Below, one piece after another: positions 28,590-38,904 of a stretch of DNA of 64,000 nt. The stretch's first letter is position 1, and each line of letters opens with the position of its first letter. This DNA comes from Candidatus Poribacteria bacterium (GTDB lineage: Bacteria; Poribacteria; WGA-4E; PCPOR2b). Position numbers and translations under genes: made by a program. The DNA is taken from positions 1,056,001 to 1,120,000 of the forward strand of contig OZ220744.1 in assembly GCA_965116925.1 (NCBI GenBank), read 5' to 3'. The notes beneath the pieces are model-generated. The model searched no databases. It was not told the DNA's origin and saw only the letters and a list, made by a program, of their open reading frames with translations.

Positions 28590-29828
28590 ATGAACGATAA
28601 TGTAATCGAGTTTGTTGAACAGGATGAATTTTCAAATGTCGCTCGTATCAAAGTCATTGGCGTTGGGGGTGGAGGCAGCAACGCAGTCAGGCGCATGATT
28701 GAGGCTGAGTTAGCGGGTGTGGAATTCTATGTAGTCAACACCGATGTTCAGGCACTTAGAGCGTGTCATAATGCAACCCGGGTGCAGATTGGCGAAAATA
28801 CGACGGGGGGCCTCGGTGCTGGGGCAAACCCGGAAGCAGGGCGTAAGGCAGCGGAGGAAAGCAAGGAAAACCTCCGAAGTATTGTTGAAGACGCAGACAT
28901 GGTATTTGTAACGGCGGGGATGGGAGGCGGTACGGGTACAGGCGCAGCACCAATTATTGCGGGGCTGGCTAAGGAAACAGAGGCATTAACGATTGGTGTT
29001 GTTACGCGTCCGTTTACCTTTGAGGGTAGACAACGTGCTATTCAGGCAGAGGCTGGCGTGAATGAAATGCGCGAGAATACAGACTCCGTTATCGTTATTC
29101 CGAACCAGCGTCTCATGGAAGAGGCAGATCGGAATCTGCCGATAAAAATGGGGTTCCGCATGGGAGACGAGATCTTACTACATGCCGTTCAGAGTATTTC
29201 CGATCTCATCATGGTTCCCGGCGAAATTAATCTTGACTTTGCTGATGTCAAGACGATTATGTCTAATGCTGGTGGCGCACTAATGGGGATTGGTATGGGA
29301 ACTGGTGACAATCGTGCCCAAGGGGCAGCCAAGCGTGCTATCCTTTCGCCGTTATTGGAAGAAAACTCTATTGAGGGGGCAACTGGAATTATCGTGAATA
29401 TCACAGGACCCAGTGATATGGCGATGCACGAATTAGAAGATGCCATGGAGGTTATCAGAGAGGCTTCGGATACGGAGCAGGTAATTTTTGGACTTGCTTA
29501 TGACGATAGCTTGGAAGATGAACTGCGTGTAACTGTAATCGCAACTGGATTTGACCCGCAAACCCGAAGCAGTCGGCAGCAAGCAGGGCAGGGCGACATT
29601 GTGAATTTGGAAGAGTTCTTGGGACGTAATTTCCCACGGGCTGACCGAGACGCACGCGTCCAAGGCAATTCGGGGCAAGCCGGGTATAATCAAAAAAGTC
29701 CAGATTCTTTTAGACAGGACTCGGAACTGCCATCGGATCAATCTTCAGGCAACGTAGTCAGGCCTGATGAAGAGCTATTAGATATCCCGGCATTTTTGCG
29801 AGTCCGCAATCAGAAAGAAAGAAAATAG
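28590..29828 (+). CDS. ftsZ: Cell division protein FtsZ
   Basis: GVGGGGSNAV, GGGTGTG, NLDFADV, C-terminal LDIPAFLR. Confidence 0.99.
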   Translation: MNDNVIEFVEQDEFSNVARIKVIGVGGGGSNAVRRMIEAELAGVEFYVVNTDVQALRACHNATRVQIGENTTGGLGAGANPEAGRKAAEESKENLRSIVEDADMVFVTAGMGGGTGTGAAPIIAGLAKETEALTIGVVTRPFTFEGRQRAIQAEAGVNEMRENTDSVIVIPNQRLMEEADRNLPIKMGFRMGDEILLHAVQSISDLIMVPGEINLDFADVKTIMSNAGGALMGIGMGTGDNRAQGAAKRAILSPLLEENSIEGATGIIVNITGPSDMAMHELEDAMEVIREASDTEQVIFGLAYDDSLEDELRVTVIATGFDPQTRSSRQQAGQGDIVNLEEFLGRNFPRADRDARVQGNSGQAGYNQKSPDSFRQDSELPSDQSSGNVVRPDEELLDIPAFLRVRNQKERK

Positions 29829-29850
29829 GTTTGCCCTCGCCAAAATTATT

Positions 29851-31581
29851 ATGCAACGAGTTTTACGCCAAACCTATCAGGAGCTCCTCAAGGCAGAGCA
29901 CCGTCCACACTTCAATTTTAGAAAAGCAAATCGGTTCGCGCTAATCTACCCGGGGGCTTACTCCCTTGGTATGTCAAGCCTTGGACTTCAGGTTATCTAT
30001 TCTCTCCTTAACCAGCGCGACGATACCTCCTGCGAACGTGCATTCCTTCCCGAACCGCAGATTGTTCGTCAACTCGATGACCGTCGGACCACACTATTTT
30101 CCTTTGAAACACAGACCCCACTCAATCAATTCGATCTGCTCGGATTTTCCGTCTCATTTGAATCGGATTACGTTAATATTCCCACCACGTTAGAGATGGC
30201 ACGGCTTGAACCCCTTGCTGCCGATAGGACTGATGCCGATCCACTCGTTATGGCGGGCGGGATCAATATCTCCTATAACCCCGAACCGATAGCTGATTTC
30301 ATTGATGTGTTCGTCGTTGGCGAAGCAGAAATGACTATCCACTATCTTATGGATATTTTTGGGGAGTGGAAAGAAGCGCGGGCATCTAAAGAGGACTTGC
30401 TGTGGGAACTTGCGACGGTTCCCGGGCTCTATGTCCCACGTTTTTATGAGGTCGATTATAACGACGAAGGGGGCATCGAAGAGATGCGGGCAAAATCACC
30501 TGCCCCAGCTCGCATTCGGTCCGGTGCGATTCCGAGCCTTGATGAAGCCGAAACTTGCACGAAAATCCACACACCGAACACAGAGTTTTCTAACGCACAC
30601 CTAATTGAGATTGTCCGCGGCTGCGGCCGGCAATGCCGTTTCTGCGTGGCGGACTATGCTCGGCGGTGGCCCAGACGTCGATCTGTAGAGAACACCCTTC
30701 AACTCGCCGAACAAGCCCGTGGTATTACAGATCGAATCGGTCTAGTAGGAGCCTCAATCTCTGATCACCCGGATATTGATGAGATTGCGAGCGGACTAGT
30801 TGAAAGAGGGTTCCGCATTTCCTGCGCTTCCTTACGGGCAGAAACGGTGCGGCCTCCCTTGCTCGACGCACTGGCTGACAGTGAACAAGGCACAATCACG
30901 ATTGCTCCAGAGGTCGCCACCGAAAATCTACAAAAAGTTGTCAACAAAGCTATCCCGCGTGAACGTCTGTATCATGTCCTTGAAGAAGCTGTCAAGCGGG
31001 ACATCCTCAACCTTCGCCTTTATTACCTAATTGGTGTTCCCTACGAGACCCCCACCGATGTCGAAGCCATTATTGATATGGCAAAGGAAATGCGATCTAT
31101 CGTTCTGCCTTACGCTAAAAAGTCGGGCAGGATGGCGCAGATCGGTTTCACCATTTCTCCGATGGTTCCTAAACCCCACACGCCCTTCCAGTGGGTGCCG
31201 ATGGAAGATCCGAAGACAATCTCTCGCAAACTCACGTTCCTAAAAAAAGAGTTGGGACGCATTGGTGGAATGAAATTCTCCTCAGCGAGTGCTCGGCTCG
31301 CCTATCAAGAGGCGGTGTTTGCCAGAGGAGACCGACGGCTGAGTGGGGTCATCTTAGACCTCGCTAGAGGAGGAGCGTGGAAAGCTACCTTCCGCAAACA
31401 TGGTTTAGACCCCGATTTTTATGCCCTCCGTCCCCGCTCGATCGGCGAGTTCAACCCGTGGGATTACCTTGATCTTAATGTCAAGCCAGAGTTCCTGCGC
31501 CTCGAACACAATAAGCACGAAAAGCGGTTCATGACAAGCCCATGCGATACCACCGTTTGTAAGAAGTGTGGCGCGTGCTAA
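29851..31581 (+). CDS. B12-binding-type radical SAM protein (TIGR03960-like)
   Basis: Y.LGMSSLG, CERAF, NPEP.ADF, RGCGRQCRFC, PKPHTPFQW, terminal C..C..CGAC. Confidence 0.85.
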   Translation: MQRVLRQTYQELLKAEHRPHFNFRKANRFALIYPGAYSLGMSSLGLQVIYSLLNQRDDTSCERAFLPEPQIVRQLDDRRTTLFSFETQTPLNQFDLLGFSVSFESDYVNIPTTLEMARLEPLAADRTDADPLVMAGGINISYNPEPIADFIDVFVVGEAEMTIHYLMDIFGEWKEARASKEDLLWELATVPGLYVPRFYEVDYNDEGGIEEMRAKSPAPARIRSGAIPSLDEAETCTKIHTPNTEFSNAHLIEIVRGCGRQCRFCVADYARRWPRRRSVENTLQLAEQARGITDRIGLVGASISDHPDIDEIASGLVERGFRISCASLRAETVRPPLLDALADSEQGTITIAPEVATENLQKVVNKAIPRERLYHVLEEAVKRDILNLRLYYLIGVPYETPTDVEAIIDMAKEMRSIVLPYAKKSGRMAQIGFTISPMVPKPHTPFQWVPMEDPKTISRKLTFLKKELGRIGGMKFSSASARLAYQEAVFARGDRRLSGVILDLARGGAWKATFRKHGLDPDFYALRPRSIGEFNPWDYLDLNVKPEFLRLEHNKHEKRFMTSPCDTTVCKKCGAC

Positions 31582-31637
31582 GTACAGTACCCGACTAGAG
31601 GCTCGTTTTCCGATTTCATCAACATACCCAATTTCTG

Positions 31638-32162
31638 TTACTCAGTACATTCGCTCAACGCTTTTCGCATTAACTGTCCCCGCGCAACGTAGCCTTCCCT
31701 CCCCGATCGTACACGCTCCAAATCTGCCTCAGTAACCTCTCGCCTAACCTGTGCTGGAAGACCCATTGCCAATGTATCTGGCGGAATCTCCTGCCCCTCT
31801 CGTACAACTGCACCCGCAGCAATGATCGATCTCTCACCGATCTTGGCACCAGTCAGGATTGTTGCTCCCATTGAAATCATTGCACCATCGCCAACTGTGC
31901 AGCCGTGGATGATTGCGCCGTGACCGATTGTGACATCGTCTCCAATCACACAGGGAAAGCCCGGATCGAGATGTACAACCGTACCATCTTGAATATTCGT
32001 GCGCTCACCAACTTCGATGTATTCCAAGTCGCCGCGCAGCACACAATTGAACCAGATACTCGATTCCTCACCAATGGTAACAGCACCGATAATCATCGCA
32101 CCGGGAGCGATGAAAGCGGTCGGGTGGATTGTGGGTAATATATCTTTATATGCTATCTGCAT
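31638..32162 (-). CDS. Gamma-carbonic-anhydrase family protein
   Basis: VLRGD, TNIQD..VH, TIGH.AIIHGC. Confidence 0.92.
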   Translation of the reverse strand: MQIAYKDILPTIHPTAFIAPGAMIIGAVTIGEESSIWFNCVLRGDLEYIEVGERTNIQDGTVVHLDPGFPCVIGDDVTIGHGAIIHGCTVGDGAMISMGATILTGAKIGERSIIAAGAVVREGQEIPPDTLAMGLPAQVRREVTEADLERVRSGREGYVARGQLMRKALSECTE

Positions 32163-32291
32163 TTCTCCTCCAGATCTGATTGATGTGTTACTTGAAAGGT
32201 TACCAGCATTCTAATGAATTGTATCAATGAATACCAATTTTATCATGCGTTAAGCCATCGAACAAGGAAATCTCTGGGGCAAACTTACAAA

Positions 32292-32320
32292 TTGACAACA
32301 GATGCCCGTCGTGCTACAAT
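32292..32320 (+). promoter_or_regulatory. Sigma70 promoter for the SDR gene
   Basis: TTGACA-17 nt-TACAAT. Confidence 0.7.
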
Positions 32321-32362
32321 TCCAAATGCTATTTCTAAAACTATACTGATTAGGAGCCAGAT

Positions 32363-33109
32363 ATGGTATTAACAAACAAAGTCGCTGTGATTACCGGAGG
32401 TGCAACAGGAATCGGTGCAGCGTCAGCAGTTCTCTATGCCCGCGCGGGCGCGAAGGTTGTCATCGGTGATATAAACGTTGAGGGTGGGAAACAAACGGTG
32501 GCAGCTATCCAATCCGAAGGCGGTGCTGCCCAATTTGTCCGAACCGATGTCAACGTAGAATCCGAAGTCGCTAATCTAATGAAAACAGCGGACGAAGCCT
32601 TTGGTCAGTTGAATGTGCTAGTAACCTCTGCGGGCATCCTGAGCGGCCCAAGCATTCGGGTGGATGAATTTGAGCAAGCGGTGTTTGAGTCGGTTATTGA
32701 CACAAATCTTAGAGGCACTTTTCTATCGGTTAAGTACGCTGTGCCGATTATGGAAGCGAGTGGAGGCGGTGTGATTTTGTGTATCGCTTCCGGTGCGGGT
32801 GTGAGCGGGGGCAGTTCGTCGGTGGCTTACGGTTCGAGCAAGGGAGGCGTCAATGGAATGGTATTGACTATCACACCACAGCTTGCGCCCCTCAATATCC
32901 GCGTTCACACAATCTGTCCCGGCAGTATCGCGACCCCATTGAAACTCCGACAAATCGCTGAATCTGCTGAACAAATGGGCAACTCCCCGGAAGCAGCCGT
33001 TGAAAACGCCCGCACATCTCTCGGTGAACCGGAGGGAGTCGCGCGTGTACTGACATTCCTTGCATCTGATGATGCTTCCTATGTTCGGGGCACAATCGCC
33101 ACACGGTAG
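32363..33109 (+). CDS. Short-chain dehydrogenase/reductase
   Basis: TGGATGIG, YGSSK, PG...T. Confidence 0.92.
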   Translation: MVLTNKVAVITGGATGIGAASAVLYARAGAKVVIGDINVEGGKQTVAAIQSEGGAAQFVRTDVNVESEVANLMKTADEAFGQLNVLVTSAGILSGPSIRVDEFEQAVFESVIDTNLRGTFLSVKYAVPIMEASGGGVILCIASGAGVSGGSSSVAYGSSKGGVNGMVLTITPQLAPLNIRVHTICPGSIATPLKLRQIAESAEQMGNSPEAAVENARTSLGEPEGVARVLTFLASDDASYVRGTIATR

Positions 33110-33118
33110 ACGAAACGT

Positions 33119-34066
33119 CTAATACCCCTTTTCTTTATCCGCTACGTTGATCAACGATTCCCCCTTGACATAGCGGTGTAGGTTATCAATGAACAAGCGC
33201 ATCGTGCGTGCCTGAATATGTTGTGAGCCTCCGGCGGTATGCGCGGTCAAGACTACGTTTGGCTCCGTCCATAACGGACTGTCCGGCGGACACGGTTCGG
33301 TGTAAGTGACATCCAATCCGGCGGCGGCGAGTTTGCCACTACGAAGCGCAGCGATTAACGCATCTTCGTCAACCACCTTGCCGCGGCTTATATTGACCAA
33401 GTAGCTCCCATCCTGCATCGCATTAAATTGTTCGTGCGACAGGAGTTTATGCGTCTCCGGCGTGATTGGACAGCAGACCACCACGACGTTAGATTTCGCC
33501 ATAAACTCTAGGAGCCAATCTAATTTGCCAAGTTCGGTGACACTCGCTGGCTTTTCCATCGGTTCAGGATCAACCGCAATCACATTAAACTCAAACGCTT
33601 TCGCACGCGTTGCAATTGCACGACCGATGCCCCCAAGCCCAAGAATTCCCATCGTCATCCCCGCCAATTCGATGCACGGTGCCTTCTCCCACCGTTTCTC
33701 CTTCATGAAGTCGTACTGTGTGATGATGCGGCGGGTGAGTGAAAGCAATAGGGCAAATGCGTGCTCCGCGATCTGTGAACCGTGCATCCGTCGGCTATTG
33801 GTCAGTATGATATCACTATCTTTGAAGGCGGGATACATCATCCCTTCGACGCCGGCGGAAGCGACCTGTACCCAGCGCAGTGACTTGGCTTTGGCGAGAT
33901 CCACTTCGCCAATATGTCCATAGATGATATCGACATCGGAAACGTGGTCGCCAAGTGCCTCCCCCGGCGGCAGAAAGCAAATCTCTACTTCGGATGGGGC
34001 ATCTTCACTTATTGCTTCGACCTCTGGACTGAACCTTCCTGTAATCAAGGCTTTGAATTTTGCCAT
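33119..34066 (-). CDS. D-2-hydroxyacid dehydrogenase
   Basis: SAGVE, GLGGIG, VNISRG, LDV...EP, TAH. Confidence 0.92.
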   Translation of the reverse strand: MAKFKALITGRFSPEVEAISEDAPSEVEICFLPPGEALGDHVSDVDIIYGHIGEVDLAKAKSLRWVQVASAGVEGMMYPAFKDSDIILTNSRRMHGSQIAEHAFALLLSLTRRIITQYDFMKEKRWEKAPCIELAGMTMGILGLGGIGRAIATRAKAFEFNVIAVDPEPMEKPASVTELGKLDWLLEFMAKSNVVVVCCPITPETHKLLSHEQFNAMQDGSYLVNISRGKVVDEDALIAALRSGKLAAAGLDVTYTEPCPPDSPLWTEPNVVLTAHTAGGSQHIQARTMRLFIDNLHRYVKGESLINVADKEKGY

Positions 34067-34144
34067 CGTAAATCCCTTTCGTTTGTTAAGACAGGTTCTG
34101 TATGGATCCGCCAACTACTGCACATATTTGATCCATTGACTTGC

Positions 34145-34948
34145 CTACCCGTTCGTTTCCGAACCAGCCCAAACACCGTTTGGAGCAAGTGCCAAAGCCT
34201 GCTCAAGATGCACCATCCGCTCCGGTCCCGCCGTTTCTACCATCTTGTCTCCATAGACCTTGCCCTGCCCGAAACGCGACACGAGATCAAGCTCTTTGTG
34301 TAGGAAATGCATCTCATTTTCCTTGTAACGGTAGCCGCAGTTAATTGTGAACATACGTCGCTGTGTGCCGCCGCCCCACGAGCTATGCTTCAAGGCTTGG
34401 TTAAAAATGACCAAATCCCCTGGATTCGATTCGAGTGCGACTGCCGGAACTGAAGGACCATCGAGCGCATAGGTCTCCTCTAAACTGCTGATATTCTGTT
34501 GGACTGTTTCGGCGTATAGCTCCCCATATCTGTGGCTGCCGGGAATAAAGCGCACCGCCCCGGTGTCAGCGGTCAGTGGGTCAAGGTAAAACGCCATCTT
34601 GTAGAAACGGACGGGACGGGGCCAACCGCCGTCGGAATGCCAACCGGTGTCACCACTGTAGAAATTGCCATCGCTGCCGAGATAGGTGTAATCTTCGCCC
34701 AGTAGACTGGCAAATATACCATCAATCCGGTCATCGTCGAGAAGTGAACTGAGATATTCACTTTGACCGATGAACGGCACGATGTATGTGCGTTGTGTTT
34801 CGGGGTGATCTACGTTCAGGTCAACCCAAACCTGTTCAAATGCCTCAACAATCTGATCGATGCAGTCATTGAGGAAGCCGGGGAAATGGAGATACCCGAA
34901 TGTGTCCATGAAACGGAGTTGTTCTGGCGTGAGTCGGAACTTCGACAT
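34145..34948 (-). CDS. PhyH family dioxygenase
   Basis: WHSD, IPGSH, KHSSWGG..RR; similar to 8313..9110. Confidence 0.87.
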   Translation of the reverse strand: MSKFRLTPEQLRFMDTFGYLHFPGFLNDCIDQIVEAFEQVWVDLNVDHPETQRTYIVPFIGQSEYLSSLLDDDRIDGIFASLLGEDYTYLGSDGNFYSGDTGWHSDGGWPRPVRFYKMAFYLDPLTADTGAVRFIPGSHRYGELYAETVQQNISSLEETYALDGPSVPAVALESNPGDLVIFNQALKHSSWGGGTQRRMFTINCGYRYKENEMHFLHKELDLVSRFGQGKVYGDKMVETAGPERMVHLEQALALAPNGVWAGSETNG

Positions 34949-34991
34949 GACGTGCCTCCTTTGGGGCAGAATGTGAATGGTTGTTTGCAGA

Positions 34992-36194
34992 TTAGGTGTT
35001 ATTCCAACTATTGATAAAGTCCACGATCTCAAAATCTGTGGGCATGTTGTCGGAATCGTATTGCGACATGCTCCGCTGGAAACCGGGATGGTTTTCCTGA
35101 TCAGAGTGCTTCAATTTTTCATCAAGTGTGCCAAACCTTTTCCACAGGATCTCTATTTGTTCAACGCTAAAGTGGTTGCCGAGGTAGACGATGTCTCTGC
35201 CGTTGCCCCAGAGTGAATCGGGTGGGGTATCCGTGTGTTTGAGTCTATACAACGCTCGACTCAATTTTGAGAGCATAACGATGCAGACCGTTCGGTCATG
35301 GGGCGATGGGTGCAGCTGGTCTATCCCCGTCTGAAATACGTCAACATCTTTGTTTATAATCGCATGGAAGATCTTTGCAACCAGATCAAACTCTGCAAAG
35401 AACAGCGCATCCCACCTCTCAAATTGTGCTCTTACAGTGTCCGAAAGATAGTGATAGAACCCCGGCTCCCAATGGCGCCAGTGGACGTTGGGGAAGGAAG
35501 GAAAACGCAAAGGACGGTAGCCGGGATGCAGTGTTCGCCGCATTTTGCTGCTGTAGTAACTTCCCCAGTGCAGCAATAGGTGGGTGTATACGACTCCGTC
35601 GCCAGCGTTGAGTTCAACGGGCATGCCACCGGGCAGTGGAACGGATGCATTCTCAGCTAATTGTCGATTTTCTTCGTCGGTGTTGATTCGGCGGTGACTG
35701 CGAGGAACAATCCAAAATACACTGTCGTCGTAGAGGGCGATGTTCCATTGGAGGTAGCTCGGACCGTGGTGCTGCATATTGGAAATCATGCCGCGCAACG
35801 GAGCGGGTTCGCCCGGACCAATGTCGCGATGCCATTTCGCCGGACCGGTTTCACCGGCGGTCGCACTACAGAGACAGGCAAGATTGTGTGGCACAACATC
35901 TTCTGTATCCATCAGTTGTTGGGCAACGCCCAAGGTATTCTCGTGAGTCAAGAACTCGATCGCGCTGGCAGATTCACTGTCGCAATCTGTGGAGAACTTC
36001 AATCGTGGTTGGCCACTCGCCGCCCACTCGCCGCCGGACGGCTGATCGGGCGTGCGGCGTTGAGCGGAGAGTTCCTTTCTCCGGTCGACCATGTGCTCAA
36101 TACTGTCGCGCAACGGTTGGAGCTGATCCGGAGGAACCACGTTGTGCAGGATATTATAACCTTCGTCCATTAGCTGTTGCCGGTTGACTTGCAT
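34992..36194 (-). CDS. Long PhyH family dioxygenase with C-terminal extension
   Basis: WHRD, VPRSH, LHWGS.Y..RRT.H; paralog of 44730..45944. Confidence 0.82.
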   Translation of the reverse strand: MQVNRQQLMDEGYNILHNVVPPDQLQPLRDSIEHMVDRRKELSAQRRTPDQPSGGEWAASGQPRLKFSTDCDSESASAIEFLTHENTLGVAQQLMDTEDVVPHNLACLCSATAGETGPAKWHRDIGPGEPAPLRGMISNMQHHGPSYLQWNIALYDDSVFWIVPRSHRRINTDEENRQLAENASVPLPGGMPVELNAGDGVVYTHLLLHWGSYYSSKMRRTLHPGYRPLRFPSFPNVHWRHWEPGFYHYLSDTVRAQFERWDALFFAEFDLVAKIFHAIINKDVDVFQTGIDQLHPSPHDRTVCIVMLSKLSRALYRLKHTDTPPDSLWGNGRDIVYLGNHFSVEQIEILWKRFGTLDEKLKHSDQENHPGFQRSMSQYDSDNMPTDFEIVDFINSWNNT

Positions 36195-36253
36195 AATAGT
36201 GCCTCATCAGGAGCATTCAATTTGGTAAGTGGGATTCAAAGGTTTAACGAAAG

Positions 36254-36282
36254 ATTATATGCACGACTCCCACATTTGTCAA
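36254..36282 (-). promoter_or_regulatory. Consensus sigma70 promoter for the PhyH/PhyH/dehydrogenase run
   Basis: TTGACA-17 nt-TATAAT on the minus strand. Confidence 0.8.
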
Positions 36283-36321
36283 TAGTCGTAGGATAGAAAC
36301 GTAAAGGCATTTAGTCCGCCT

Positions 36322-36346
36322 GTAGGAGGGATTTCCGAATCCGGAC
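36322..36346 (+). repeat. Degenerate GTAG-type REP hairpin
   Basis: GTAGGAGGGATTTCCGAATCC. Confidence 0.45.
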
Positions 36347-36378
36347 ACCTCACTAAATGACCCTAGCGAAAAAACAAT

Positions 36379-37266
36379 CTATTGACTCATTCGTGTCTCT
36401 GCCCAAGCTTGGAGCGGTATGTCATCAGCCTCCGGTCGCCAATGTCTGGAAATCGGATGCACGTTAGCGTGATCACCCATGTAATTGTCCTTGCCGGTCC
36501 CCAATGCACCGAGCAGTTGCCGCTGAATGGGGGTACAGCGGGCAATCAGATCCGGATCCTGATGAATATAGTCGGCGGGGCGGATCCAGCGGTAGTGATA
36601 ACCGTAGTACAGACACTTCCTGGCGTGATTTGATAGATTCGGGGTGAGGCAGTGCCAGAGTGCCGTTCGCCATAGCATCGCCGTGCCCGGACGGACGTTC
36701 ACCTCTACGATTCGATCAGGATCAATCTCATAGCCGTCCTGATGTATCAGTGCCGGCGACATCTTATGGCTACCCCGCACCACACAAATTGCACCGCTGT
36801 TGTGTTCCGTCAAATCCGTCAAGTAGTAGCCGACCTTGACCTCCACGAATGGCACCTGTCCATTGGTAATCGGATACCCAAAGTTTGGTCCGTCCGAGTG
36901 CCAAGGGAAGAAGCTATCCTTCCCTCCCAGCTTCTGGTCTGCATATTCAGGCGGAGAGGGTGGACGCACATCGAGGTGTGATGTCCGAATCTGGATATTG
37001 ACGCCGAGGACATCTACTACAAGCGGCAGCAAGATTGGATGATCGATTAGGTGCAACAATTCGTCATGGTGAGATAGAGCGTTCCGTATCTGGAACGGTT
37101 CGTCTAGTCCGATTCCTTTCTCACTCCGATAGCGTGCATATAATTCATCCACCACTTTAATTAATGTCTCGACTTCTACGGGACTGAGGGCATCCTCAAT
37201 CAGAATAAACCCATCCTCATCAAATTGTTGTTGTTCTTCTTCAGTGATCGCAACGGATTTTCCCAT
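36379..37266 (-). CDS. PhyH family dioxygenase
   Basis: WHSD, VVRGSH, LWH...N....RK. Confidence 0.87.
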   Translation of the reverse strand: MGKSVAITEEEQQQFDEDGFILIEDALSPVEVETLIKVVDELYARYRSEKGIGLDEPFQIRNALSHHDELLHLIDHPILLPLVVDVLGVNIQIRTSHLDVRPPSPPEYADQKLGGKDSFFPWHSDGPNFGYPITNGQVPFVEVKVGYYLTDLTEHNSGAICVVRGSHKMSPALIHQDGYEIDPDRIVEVNVRPGTAMLWRTALWHCLTPNLSNHARKCLYYGYHYRWIRPADYIHQDPDLIARCTPIQRQLLGALGTGKDNYMGDHANVHPISRHWRPEADDIPLQAWAETRMSQ

Positions 37267-37289
37267 TAAAATTATCCTCCGAGCTGTTG

Positions 37290-38048
37290 TTAACGGTAGT
37301 CTTCTGCCGAATCCTGTGGCTCAAACCCAACCACTTCACGGGCATGTGAGAAATCCCGATAACTCCATCTGTTATTCGACACCGCGAAGAAGATATCAAA
37401 CTTTACGCTATCGGGTGCCTCAACGCACTTTTCGACCATCTGTGCAATGTCCCGATGGCTGCACCAAACGGAGAACGTACGCAACTGTGTTGGACGATTT
37501 TCGCGGGTGACTGCGCCGATACGCAAGCAGATTATCGATAGATCACTGGTGTCTGTATAGTGTCTGGCTAATGATTCGCCGAATACCTTGGTGCAGCCGT
37601 AAAGCCCACTCGGTCGCGTCAGCGAATTGTGATCTAGTTTATCCCACGTTTCAGGAACCTCGTCGTACCGTCCTTCAACGAGTGCGTTATAAGGAAAGTC
37701 CCGTTCACAGTTGCTGACGGTTGAACCGCTGCTGGCGTAGATGACCCGCTTAACACCTGCTTGCCGTGACGCTTCAAAGACGTTGTAGGTTCCAATAATG
37801 TTGGGATTCAAGAGATCTTCCCACGTCGCACCGCCTGAGGCATTTGCTGCGAGGTGCACAACCACATCGACTCCCTCAAAAGCGGGTTGTATCGCATCAA
37901 GATTGACGATATCCGCTTGGTGACATTCAATTCCTTCTACCGGGCGACGATTGAGCGCGCTCAAAGCATATTGCTCCTCCAAACGCTCCCGCACGATCCC
38001 GCCGATCAATCCGCTCATACCGGTGATAAGTACTTTCTTTTGTGCCAT
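37290..38048 (-). CDS. NAD-dependent epimerase/dehydratase (uronate-dehydrogenase-like)
   Basis: ITGMSGLIG, VVHLAA, YGCTKVFGE, CLRIG. Confidence 0.85.
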   Translation of the reverse strand: MAQKKVLITGMSGLIGGIVRERLEEQYALSALNRRPVEGIECHQADIVNLDAIQPAFEGVDVVVHLAANASGGATWEDLLNPNIIGTYNVFEASRQAGVKRVIYASSGSTVSNCERDFPYNALVEGRYDEVPETWDKLDHNSLTRPSGLYGCTKVFGESLARHYTDTSDLSIICLRIGAVTRENRPTQLRTFSVWCSHRDIAQMVEKCVEAPDSVKFDIFFAVSNNRWSYRDFSHAREVVGFEPQDSAEDYR

Positions 38049-38087
38049 GTTCGTCTCCTTTTTACACATTTTACACACGGTTTCCGT

Positions 38088-38177
38088 ATTATACACTATA
38101 CGCCCTAAGTTATCAATATTCCACCCTATCAAAGCGTCCAAAATTGTCTTGACACGACTTCGGTTTTCCTCTATACT
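38088..38177. promoter_or_regulatory. Back-to-back divergent sigma70 promoters
   Basis: Minus strand TTGATA-17-TATAAT (38116-38088); plus strand TTGACA-17-TATACT (38149-38177). Confidence 0.75.
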
Positions 38178-38259
38178 GACGACAGGCTTAGTATCGCTGC
38201 GCGGTACAATTAAGCGCAGAAAGATAACCACAACCAAAAGTATTGAGGAGGCATCTACA

Positions 38260-38904
38260 TTGAAAGTATTGGTTTTATCGGGTCCAAATCATCGATTTGC
38301 GGATAGCGCGTCTGTTATCCACGGTTTCCTCGGAGCACGAGGTGATATGTCGGTGGAACTTACGGACGACAAAGGGGTTTTAGCATCGTCTCAACTGGAC
38401 GAGTTTGATGTCTGTGTGTTCGGTACTGGGTTTACTCGTACGGTCAGTCAACCTGACGGCACTCCCAAGCGGGAGCCAGACCTTACATCTGAGCAGGAAG
38501 ACGGTCTCTTTCAGTTCGTCAGTGGTGGAAAGGGACTGGTCGGCATTCACGGAACGGCGTGGTGGATTGGTGGACGTGCCGTTGACCTCATCGGAGGACA
38601 CGCCAACTGGCATCCGCCGGGTGGAACTTTCACAGTGAATATAGACGACTCAGATCACCCGATTACGCAGGGTGTCGGGGACTTTGAAGTTGAGGACGAA
38701 ATCTACATGTCCGCTTACGATCCCTACATCCACATCCTTGCGTCGGCGGAGTGGTCAGAGAAGCAACACCCGTTGGCGTGGGTAAAATCGTATGGTGATG
38801 GACGGGTATTCTACACCGCGCTCGGTCACGGTCCCGGCACCTTTGAACAACCTGCCATGCAGAAACTAATGGGACAAGGTGTTCAATGGGCGGCAAGCAG
38901 TTAA
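38260..38904 (+). CDS. ThuA-domain protein
   Basis: FV.GGKGLVGIH, HPITQG, DEIY, YGDGRVFYTALGH; TTG start with GAGGAGG. Confidence 0.88.
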   Translation: MKVLVLSGPNHRFADSASVIHGFLGARGDMSVELTDDKGVLASSQLDEFDVCVFGTGFTRTVSQPDGTPKREPDLTSEQEDGLFQFVSGGKGLVGIHGTAWWIGGRAVDLIGGHANWHPPGGTFTVNIDDSDHPITQGVGDFEVEDEIYMSAYDPYIHILASAEWSEKQHPLAWVKSYGDGRVFYTALGHGPGTFEQPAMQKLMGQGVQWAASS

